Shown here: in pieces, positions 9,249 through 16,775 of the stretch
How positions within the stretch are numbered: position 1 is the first letter of the stretch
Layout: every line of letters starts with the position of its first letter
Translations under genes and position numbers: made by a program
Source of the DNA: Candidatus Lokiarchaeum ossiferum
GTDB taxonomy: Archaea > Asgardarchaeota > Lokiarchaeia > Sigyniarchaeales > Promethearchaeaceae
NCBI GenBank assembly: GCA_025839675.1
Contig: CP104013.1
Location: 2,790,001-2,822,000, forward strand
DNA length: 32,000 nt
Direction of reading: 5' to 3'
The notes under the pieces: generated by a model
What the model was told of the DNA's origin: nothing
What the model saw: the letters and a program-made list of their open reading frames with translations, nothing else
Database searches by the model: none

Positions 9249-9791
9249 ATGATCAAGATTTTAAAAGGGCTTAATGATATTCAGGGACCCTTTCAACGGG
9301 TTATTTATAGGAAATCCTTCAATGTTAGCTCAAAACCGGCTATGCGAGACCATGATCTTCTATATAAACATAAACTCATTCGTTCTGTTCCAGATCCTTC
9401 TCGACTTTTATTTGAAGTTACTGAAAAGGGAAAAATAGTTGCGCAACTGGTGAATTGTGTGGATTACATTATACATAGTCCATATAAAAATTCCGATTTT
9501 TCCCTTCCTTCACTCAAGAAACGTAAGAAAAAAAAAAAAAAACCAACAGACTTCATAGAACTAATTCCTAAACTAAGTACCCAACTTGAGGCGGTACTAC
9601 GAGTTTTAGATAATACCGTTTTAGATGAAACGTATCATCATGCATCGAAGAATTTAATGGATGATGTTATAGATTTTATCGAATTATTTTCTCCACAGAA
9701 AAAAACACAAATTAAAAAACCCGCTTACAACAAATTTCCAAATTTTGAAGATTATCCTGTAAAATCGGTTGGAAATGCTTTTAATAAGTAA
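9249..9791 (+). CDS. winged-helix-like DNA-binding protein with internal poly-lysine tract
   Basis: The N-terminus ILKGLNDIQGPFQRVIYRKSFNVSSKPAMRDHDLLYKHKLIRSV...FEVTEKGKIVAQL has a wHTH-like helix-turn-helix-wing pattern. It is followed by KKRKKKKKKP and a helical C-terminal region. The track start (9207) is TTG, and I prefer the ATG at 9249. Confidence 0.55.
   Translation: MIKILKGLNDIQGPFQRVIYRKSFNVSSKPAMRDHDLLYKHKLIRSVPDPSRLLFEVTEKGKIVAQLVNCVDYIIHSPYKNSDFSLPSLKKRKKKKKKPTDFIELIPKLSTQLEAVLRVLDNTVLDETYHHASKNLMDDVIDFIELFSPQKKTQIKKPAYNKFPNFEDYPVKSVGNAFNK
9528..9542 (+). repeat. A15 homopolymer inside the coding sequence (encodes part of KKRKKKKKK)
   Basis: Fifteen consecutive A residues counted directly, at 9528-9542. 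Confidence 0.95.
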
Positions 9792-10065
9792 AGAAAAACT
9801 TCGACGAGATTAGGAGAAACGCTTCTCCATTAGATTTTCATCTATATATGTAAACTTTTTCTACAAAACTCATTTGCTAATGATATTTACACTGATTTTT
9901 CGGGTTTCGGTAGAAATACTTCAATTTTCAATAATAAAAAAGTATATTTTAATCATTTGTCTTATTTGAATTGAGAAGGGGCGAATTCATGGAAGTCAAT
10001 CGCAAAATTATTTAATTATGGCATATTTTTTACCTCAATTAACCTATTAAAAAAGGTCTAGAATT

Positions 10066-10239
10066 ATGTCTTATAAACAAGAGGAATGTACTGCTTGTGG
10101 TAATTTAGTTGCTCCAGGCGAGAATGCCGTTCATTTTCCATGCCCTAAATGTGGAGATGTATTATTATGGCGCTGTGAAAGATGCCGTCGATTTGCAAGA
10201 TCTTATACTTGTCCAAAATGTGGATTTGAAGGTCCATAA
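10066..10239 (+). CDS. small Zn-ribbon protein (57 aa), the archaeal partner gene found upstream of aEF-1beta
   Basis: Not in the ORF track (under 60 aa). Hand translation gives MSYKQEECTACGNLVAPGENAVHFPCPKCGDVLLWRCERCRRFARSYTCPKCGFEGP, which has four CxxC pairs. It ends 26 nt before the aEF-1beta ATG. This Zn-ribbon/EF-1beta pairing is a conserved archaeal neighbourhood. Confidence 0.8.
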   Translation: MSYKQEECTACGNLVAPGENAVHFPCPKCGDVLLWRCERCRRFARSYTCPKCGFEGP

Positions 10240-10265
10240 TCTCAAAAATAAATTAAGTGAATAAC

Positions 10266-10562
10266 ATGGCAGAAAAAAAAGTTAAACCCCCAAAAAATCT
10301 ATTAGGTGTCTTTGAAATCATTCCAGAAGATATGGATAATCTCGATGACTTAATGAATAACGTTGTGAAACCTGCAGTCGATAAAATGGGTGCAGCAGTC
10401 GAAACCTATCGGATCGAGCCAATCGCCTTTGGTGCAAAGAAGATTATTGCACGATTAATCTTCAAAGAAGCAGAAGGCGGAACCCAACCATTAGAAGATG
10501 CAATCACAGACTTAGAAGAAATCCAACGAGCCGAATGCTCAATGGTAACCATTATCTCATAA
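10266..10562 (+). CDS. translation elongation factor aEF-1beta
   Basis: About 98 aa with the typical aEF-1beta layout: LGVFEIIPEDMDNLDDLMNNV...YRIEPIAFGAKKIIARLIFKEAEGGTQPLEDAITDLEEIQRAECSMVT. The track start at 10257 is GTG, and the ATG at 10266 is the likely start. Confidence 0.9.
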   Translation: MAEKKVKPPKNLLGVFEIIPEDMDNLDDLMNNVVKPAVDKMGAAVETYRIEPIAFGAKKIIARLIFKEAEGGTQPLEDAITDLEEIQRAECSMVTIIS

Positions 10563-10697
10563 GATTATCTACATTCATCTTTTTTCTCTTTCCTTCTTAA
10601 ATTTTTATTATATTATTTCTTTTAAGGGTGTTAACAGTATTTTAAAGGTGATTAGAGAGAATTTCATGCTTTATTTCCAATAGGAACTTCAGATGTT

Positions 10698-11600
10698 TTA
10701 GATTTCTCGGGATGGATTTGACATTTCCACATCTTTTTTTTCAAGTTGCTCAAGCTTGATTTTATAAATATACCATATAATTCCAAATAGTAGCAAAAGA
10801 ATCGAAATAACAACAATTTGATTAAGTACGGGGTTAATTAAAGTAAATCCAATGTTCCAGATAATATGTACCCCCATCGAGATAAACAAATTATTCGAAA
10901 CAATGTAGACAATGCAAAATAGAAGACCTATAAGGATCAAGAAAGGAATATTGATAATGATATCTATGAAAGAGAACCCTTGTATAATTCTATTTGGGAT
11001 ATGGATTAGCGCAAAGATTATACTAGTGGATAATGCACCTAACACTAAAGATTTAATTGGTTTTTTATCATTTTTGGATGAAATTTTTTTTGTTAATTGA
11101 GATAAGATGTATCCTCTAAAGAAAATCTCTTCAAAAAATACATTCCCAAAAATCTGGGCTATCAATAATCCAAAAGCGGAAAGAATCGTTTGTCCATCAT
11201 ATAACCACATTGGGTACCAAATTGGTTGAACATTAAAAATTAGACAGGCAATTAAAAAAATAAGATTTAAACCACACCAAAATAGGAAATAAAAAAGAAA
11301 TCCTTTCAATAATTTACCCTTCTGTATTCCAATACTTTTCCACGAATTTCTAGCAACTATTACTACGAATATAACAAGTATAATTAAGATCAAAACTAAG
11401 TATACAATAAAAGTTTGATTAATCAGGCCATCTGTGTTATTATCCACAAAGTTTAGCCATCCTTTTTCATAAACCACAAAAATTATGAAAAATATCAGAC
11501 CAACATAAAAAAGCAAAATGCTAAGTACGGTTTTCCAGGAGTTTTGTTTAGTGTTACTGCACAAATCCTCAGAAAAATTGCGTAGATGATTTTTAATCAT
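10698..11600 (-). CDS. CPBP-family intramembrane glutamic endopeptidase (CAAX protease/Abi type)
   Basis: All three family motifs sit in TM context: FFEEIFFRGY (EExxxR), IFALIHIPN (FxxxH) and GVHIIWNIGF (HxxxN). Confidence 0.85.
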   Translation of the reverse strand: MIKNHLRNFSEDLCSNTKQNSWKTVLSILLFYVGLIFFIIFVVYEKGWLNFVDNNTDGLINQTFIVYLVLILIILVIFVVIVARNSWKSIGIQKGKLLKGFLFYFLFWCGLNLIFLIACLIFNVQPIWYPMWLYDGQTILSAFGLLIAQIFGNVFFEEIFFRGYILSQLTKKISSKNDKKPIKSLVLGALSTSIIFALIHIPNRIIQGFSFIDIIINIPFLILIGLLFCIVYIVSNNLFISMGVHIIWNIGFTLINPVLNQIVVISILLLLFGIIWYIYKIKLEQLEKKDVEMSNPSREI

Positions 11601-11723
11601 GATGTAATTTCTTTTTTGGTTATAATAAACATTAATAATTTACTCAACGAATTTCATATTGAGAGAATCCTTCATTAGAAGTTATATGTAAGAAAAAAAA
11701 TGTTCTGTAACTTGAAAATAAAA

Positions 11724-12215
11724 TCAATAGGCGTATGGAACCCCTATTAAAGTTGGTAGATGATATCGGTCTTTACAAATCTTTGCAATTTTTTGCATTG
11801 CTTCAGCTAATTCTTCGCAATAGGGATGTAAAATTTCAGATAGATTAACATTAAAAATACTTTTCTTTGTCTCGAAGATGGAGATAACTAAAGAAAATTC
11901 GGATTTTTCATCCTCGGGATAATTTTTCTTTAACTCAATCTTTATTTTTTCGATTAAATCAGTCTCAAATGAATGTGATATTATTTCAGTTTGAGAGTCG
12001 AAGAAATTGATACGTTTTTCACAGAACTGAATGGAATCAAATTTTTTGCAATATTTTTGAAATGAAAATTTCTGAACATTTGGCCTAATAATCAACAATT
12101 CTTTCTCATGATTCAATTGTGGAATAGCTAACGATTTAAAATGGTAGTTATATCTGCTTTCACCTTGAATGGGCACACCACTCAAAGCTTGTGTTTTAGT
12201 AACTAGTTTCAACAT
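11724..12215 (-). CDS. hypothetical protein (163 aa)
   Basis: The ORF in the track starts at TTG 12239, and I prefer the ATG at 12215. It has a mixed alpha/beta-looking composition and no recognised motif. Confidence 0.5.
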   Translation of the reverse strand: MLKLVTKTQALSGVPIQGESRYNYHFKSLAIPQLNHEKELLIIRPNVQKFSFQKYCKKFDSIQFCEKRINFFDSQTEIISHSFETDLIEKIKIELKKNYPEDEKSEFSLVISIFETKKSIFNVNLSEILHPYCEELAEAMQKIAKICKDRYHLPTLIGVPYAY

Positions 12216-12374
12216 AATTTTTGCTTCCTTATACGTCAAAGATAAATAGGTGAAAAAGGTAATATTTTTGTTCCGTATTATTCATATGGCACCAAATAGA
12301 TGAAAATCAAAGCCTATGAATAAACTAGAAAGAGAATTGAATTTGAAAAGAGAAATATTTTGCAAAGAGAGAGA

Positions 12375-13019
12375 TTAAATGGATATTTTTTTTCTAAATT
12401 TCTCAAGGGCAGGATTTTTTTCTTTCATCAATTGGACAAGATATGATTTGTTTAAAAGATCAGGTTCTTCTCCATTAAACTCATTTATTTTCCCATCTTT
12501 GTGATCTGGACAACATAACTGAAGAATTTCTGAAGGACGCCTTATACTTCCATTAAAAACCAACTTAGATTCTTTTGCTAAATCAGACTTGAGATCTTCC
12601 GAGGGAGCAAAATCAATTGGATCGATTTCCAAAGGTTGAATTTTTGGTGGAGGAACCGGAGTGCCCGATGGAGGGCGAGGAGGAGGAGGAGGAGGTGTTG
12701 GATAAGCAGGAGCACTAGGAACAAATTGATTAGAAGTTAGATGCATCCCACCTCTGTAGATGGATTGCTTCAATAAATCTTGGACGTACATTTGCATTGT
12801 ATCGAGTTCCTTTTGCAATTTTTCATTCTCGATCTTCATATCTTCGTACTTTTGAGAATGATCCCGCCAATGTTGTACGACAAGATTTGCAGTTCCCTTG
12901 ATACCAAGACTTTGTCCAATTTCCAGTTTCAAATTTGAAATTCTCTCGAACATTTCACCATCGACGTAGATAGGTTTAGTTTTTCTAACTGAATTTGATT
13001 TTGGACTACATTCTTCCAT
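12375..13019 (-). CDS. coiled-coil protein with central polyproline tract
   Basis: 214-aa ATG ORF. It has a heptad-like segment QKYEDMKIENEKLQKELDTMQMYVQDLLKQ, then PSAPAYPTPPPPPPRPPSGTPVPPPKIQP (16 Pro in 29 residues). Confidence 0.6.
   Translation of the reverse strand: MEECSPKSNSVRKTKPIYVDGEMFERISNLKLEIGQSLGIKGTANLVVQHWRDHSQKYEDMKIENEKLQKELDTMQMYVQDLLKQSIYRGGMHLTSNQFVPSAPAYPTPPPPPPRPPSGTPVPPPKIQPLEIDPIDFAPSEDLKSDLAKESKLVFNGSIRRPSEILQLCCPDHKDGKINEFNGEEPDLLNKSYLVQLMKEKNPALEKFRKKISI
12678..12695 (-). repeat. (AGG)6 on plus strand = (CCT)6 coding microsatellite giving PPPPPP
   Basis: Read directly as aggaggaggaggaggagg. On the coding strand this is six tandem CCT proline codons. Confidence 0.95.
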
Positions 13020-13327
13020 ATGGGGAGTGCTCCTTTTTTGTGATTCCCTAGTACGTTACACTATATATGTTACATAAGTATATAATCTAATAAAATTTTG
13101 TATTAAAAGATTGGTGTCAGAAGTACAGCAGAAAGGTATAATAATTCATCAAGAATTGTAAAGCTGATATATGATCTTTGTGAAAAATTATCATCCTCAA
13201 TTAAGATCATATTGATTTTCGCTTTAAGAACAATGATTGAAAAGAAATTATCAATGGTTCATTAAGAAAAGTCGTTTTTCCTTTTATAAATAAATTCCTT
13301 AAGTAAATTCAGTATGCGATAAATTGC

Positions 13328-14404
13328 TCAGGGAACAAATGAAAAATAATCTTCTACATAATCTTTTATGAAGAAATAATCATTCAAAACCGTCGAATAA
13401 ACATAATTTCCCGTAATCCTGTGATCTGAAAATAATTTCTTTGTAAAGGCATCTAAAGATTTAATTAAAGATGGACTTGCTTTATCTGTTATGATGACTG
13501 CAAATAAAGGAGTTGTTGAAGAAGATTTAACTAATAAGGTTGCATTTTCTAAAATTATTTGTCTTACCTTCCCACGATTCAGCGTATAGTCAAATAAGTT
13601 TCCTGTAGCTTTCATAAATCCAGAAAAAATAGCTTCTGGAAACTCTTTACCCTTGTCGTTAAACTCATGGGTAAAAATGGACATTCCATTGTGAGAATCA
13701 ATTATTAATAATCGTTCTAAAGTAAAGGGAAGAATAAAAGCTAATTGGGGCGTATTTATCAATGTGTAGGTTGCGATAATCACTCCGATAGCAATAGCAC
13801 TATTTGCAATTCCAGGAACTATTTTCTCGAGTTTTGTGTATTGAATTATATAGGGCAGTATACCGTACATAATAAAACCAAAGAGATTATTACGAGAATG
13901 ATGAAGCAAATGCTTGGGACTCCGTCGTAATAAATTAACATTTGAGAAGAGCAATAATGAAATAATGAATGCCATCAACATCAGATTTGCAACTCTGAAA
14001 CGACCATGCATGGTTGGGTAAGGTTGAATTCCATCATAATCAATAATAACGGCATTTTCATCAAATGAAAAGACAATAACTAACATAACAATGGCAGTTA
14101 ACACAACAAACTTTCGAATATCATGTGTTTCAAGGGTTATAACATCAACATAAAGAATTGTGAAATAACCAACTCCAATTAAGGCATAAAAACAGATCAA
14201 ATGTAATTTTACGGAGAGAAATAGGTCAGATATGGCTTGAAATACTTCCCAAATAAACCAAAAAACCCACATAATCGCATAATAAAGAAGATGTTTATAA
14301 TGAGTTTTTCTATAGTGGTTTAAGGTAAATAAAACACACAACAATATAAATAATGCTGCGGAAAATGAAATAATTACACCAAGTGTCCAAAATATTTGTG
14401 CCAT
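13328..14404 (-). CDS. 7-TM membrane protein with C-terminal cytoplasmic roadblock/longin-like domain
   Basis: 358-aa ATG ORF. Seven hydrophobic segments occupy residues ~1-225. They are followed by ~130 soluble residues with a beta-beta-alpha-beta-beta-alpha pattern: LLIIDSHNGMSIFTHEF..EAIFSGFMKATGNLFD..VRQIILENATLLVKSS..LFAVIITDKASPSLIKSLDAFTKKLF. The fold assignment is inference. Confidence 0.65.
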   Translation of the reverse strand: MAQIFWTLGVIISFSAALFILLCVLFTLNHYRKTHYKHLLYYAIMWVFWFIWEVFQAISDLFLSVKLHLICFYALIGVGYFTILYVDVITLETHDIRKFVVLTAIVMLVIVFSFDENAVIIDYDGIQPYPTMHGRFRVANLMLMAFIISLLLFSNVNLLRRSPKHLLHHSRNNLFGFIMYGILPYIIQYTKLEKIVPGIANSAIAIGVIIATYTLINTPQLAFILPFTLERLLIIDSHNGMSIFTHEFNDKGKEFPEAIFSGFMKATGNLFDYTLNRGKVRQIILENATLLVKSSSTTPLFAVIITDKASPSLIKSLDAFTKKLFSDHRITGNYVYSTVLNDYFFIKDYVEDYFSFVP

Positions 14405-14552
14405 ATTTTCTCATTGAAGATTTTATCTACTAATAAACCAAAAAACCTTAAATAATTTTGCTTGAAGAGATATGGAGAAATCGATTCTTTCTCTTGAAAT
14501 CAAGCAATTTGGAGACCTTCTGTCTAAAGCAAAAAAACCTTCTGATTACAAT

Positions 14553-16580
14553 TTAAGTAATTCGATGAAACCATTTATCTAAATCTTGGTAAGATATTTT
14601 GATATAAGTGGGTCGCCCATGCGCGCAATGATGGGGATTTTCTGTTTCATCCAATTTTTTGATTAATCGACGAATTCGTTCTTCACTCCAGATTTCATCC
14701 CCAGCGGTAATACTCATGTGGCAAGCCATGTACTGCATCATCTCACGTTTAATAATGGAAAAAGAACTTTCTTTGCCTTTATGAATGATTTCTAAACACA
14801 TGTCAGTAATCAATGATTCTGACCGCTTCTCTTGTTTGAGAAGTGCGGGAATAGTGCGAATGATAAAAGAAGTTCCCCCAAAAAACTCCAATTCAAAACC
14901 AAATTTCTTAATATCCGGAATTGCATCTTTCACAAAATCAACTTCATTTGGGGCCACTTCTATTTTCATCGGAGTAAGTAACGTTTGAACCGTGATTTTT
15001 TCTTGTTCAAACATCTGTTGGACTTTTTCATAGTTTATGCGTTCATGAGCAGCATGCTGATCAATAATAATAAGTTCCTCTTCATTTTGAAATACCAAGT
15101 AATTTTTTCCCCCCTGAATACCGCTATTGAGTAAGGATAATGGAGGAAGTTGTTGGACAGAAATTGTGGGAGAACGAAGAGTGGAAGATTTTTTTTCAAC
15201 AGAAGAAGCAAATGGATGAGAAGAAATGTCAGATTTCTTTTTTGGAGTTTTAAAATGGGTTTGAATCGCCTTAATCGAGGATTTCCGAGGGGAGAGGGTT
15301 TGTTGAGGATCCTTAGGGATTTTTAAAACAGGGGAACTTTTTTTCTGGGAAACTGCGGATTTCTCTGAAATTGATGGAGAAGAAGAGGTCCCAGATCGAC
15401 TCGGTTTGGATGTTTGTGGGGTATTAGGTGAAACTTTTTTCATGGTTTTTCGAGAAGAAGGAGCAGAAGGGGTCCAATAATCCATGGAAGAATCCATCCC
15501 TCTTCGAGATTTTGCGGATTTTTCTTGATTGGAAGAAATTAAATCGGCTTTCACATGTTCTTTAACGAGTTGAACGACAATCATTTCCAGATTGGCAAAA
15601 AATTCCCGTTCATTAAGAAAATGGACCACTTTTTTTGAAGGATGGACATTAAAATCCACTTGGTCGGGTGCCAGATGAAGAAAAAGCACATAAAAGGGAT
15701 ATTTTTGGCGCATTAAATAATCTTTAAAAGCCGTTTCCATAATAGATGCGATGGAATTATTAGTAACTAAGCGATCATTGACAAACAATGAAGCCGCGGT
15801 TCGATCAGAGCGAGCAATTCCAGGTTTCCCAATAAACCCATAAACGCGTACCATATTATCCTGAAAATCTATAGGAATCATTTGATCGAGAACTTTTTTT
15901 CCATATATGGACTGAATCGCATGTCCAAAAGCTTCAAGAGGGAGGAGGGAAGGAATAATTGACTGGTTTTGTGAAGCCACCCAAGCAGGAGAGTTGGTTA
16001 AAGACAAGCCATTATGGAGCAGCTTGAAATGGACTAAAGGATACGCCAAGGCATATCGACAAACGACATCAGATATATGTCCCATTTCGATGCGATCGCT
16101 ACGCATAAATTTCTGGCGGACAGGAAGATTAAAGAATAAATTTTTAACTTTCAAGGTAGTCCCCACCGGACCTCCACACACACCCTTCCTTACATCAGCA
16201 CTTCCTTCCATGCATAATTCCACCGCATATTCTTGATTCAAAGGTCGACTTATAATTTCAATTTGGGATACTGCAGCAATACTAGCTAAAGCTTCCCCAC
16301 GAAATCCTAAAGTAGTCAATTGGTCCAGATCATCAGCAGATTCAATTTTTGAGGAAGTATGGCTTAAAAAAGCCACATCAAGATCTTCTTCAGGGATCCC
16401 GCATCCATTATCTTCAATTTGGATCAATTGTTTCCCAGCTTTCTCAATGGTAATGAAAATTTGTGTAGCATGGGCATCCAAAGAATTTTCGATTAATTCC
16501 TTGACAACGGAAGCGGGGCGTTCAATCACTTCCCCCGCTGCGATTTTTTCATAACCAGAAATAAGCTTTATTTTGGGCAT
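14553..16580 (-). CDS. mutL: DNA mismatch repair endonuclease MutL
   Basis: The N-terminal GHKL ATPase motifs are IAAGEVIERPASVVKELIENSLDA, EDNGCGI and LGFRGEALASI. The C-terminal endonuclease motifs are DQHAAHERINYE (DQHAxxExxxxE), ACHMSITAGD and CAHGRPT. A QTLLTP (QxxLxP-type clamp-binding-like) motif lies at the start of the C-terminal domain. The track start at 16616 is TTG, while the ATG at 16580 gives the canonical MPKIKLISGYEKIAAGEV N-terminus. Confidence 0.92.
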   Translation of the reverse strand: MPKIKLISGYEKIAAGEVIERPASVVKELIENSLDAHATQIFITIEKAGKQLIQIEDNGCGIPEEDLDVAFLSHTSSKIESADDLDQLTTLGFRGEALASIAAVSQIEIISRPLNQEYAVELCMEGSADVRKGVCGGPVGTTLKVKNLFFNLPVRQKFMRSDRIEMGHISDVVCRYALAYPLVHFKLLHNGLSLTNSPAWVASQNQSIIPSLLPLEAFGHAIQSIYGKKVLDQMIPIDFQDNMVRVYGFIGKPGIARSDRTAASLFVNDRLVTNNSIASIMETAFKDYLMRQKYPFYVLFLHLAPDQVDFNVHPSKKVVHFLNEREFFANLEMIVVQLVKEHVKADLISSNQEKSAKSRRGMDSSMDYWTPSAPSSRKTMKKVSPNTPQTSKPSRSGTSSSPSISEKSAVSQKKSSPVLKIPKDPQQTLSPRKSSIKAIQTHFKTPKKKSDISSHPFASSVEKKSSTLRSPTISVQQLPPLSLLNSGIQGGKNYLVFQNEEELIIIDQHAAHERINYEKVQQMFEQEKITVQTLLTPMKIEVAPNEVDFVKDAIPDIKKFGFELEFFGGTSFIIRTIPALLKQEKRSESLITDMCLEIIHKGKESSFSIIKREMMQYMACHMSITAGDEIWSEERIRRLIKKLDETENPHHCAHGRPTYIKISYQDLDKWFHRIT

Positions 16581-16775
16581 TGATCTTAGCTTTATTCTTC
16601 CATCCTTTTTAATCAATTTACTAAGGGGTAATTAGAAGGAGAACAAACCAATTTTTTTTTCTTTCCATTTTTGAGAAATGATGTATGATTTTCAGATCAA
16701 TTATGTATAAATATTCACACATTGTGACTAAGAATAATGGAAGCTTTTTATCAATAAAGGTCAAACCAAAGCATT

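Noticed and set aside
9879-9895. C/D-box sRNA-like AATGATA ... CTGA pair in the spacer before the Zn-ribbon gene
   Set aside because: The boxes are only about 10 nt apart, with no C'/D' boxes or terminal stem. It is far too short for a C/D sRNA.
12375-12632. WH2-like actin-binding stretches after the polyproline tract (KLVFNGSIRRP and YLVQLMKEKNPALEKFRKK)
   Set aside because: Both deviate in spacing by one residue from the LLxxIxxGxxLKKV consensus and lack the canonical LKKV. This is too weak to claim without profile or structure evidence.
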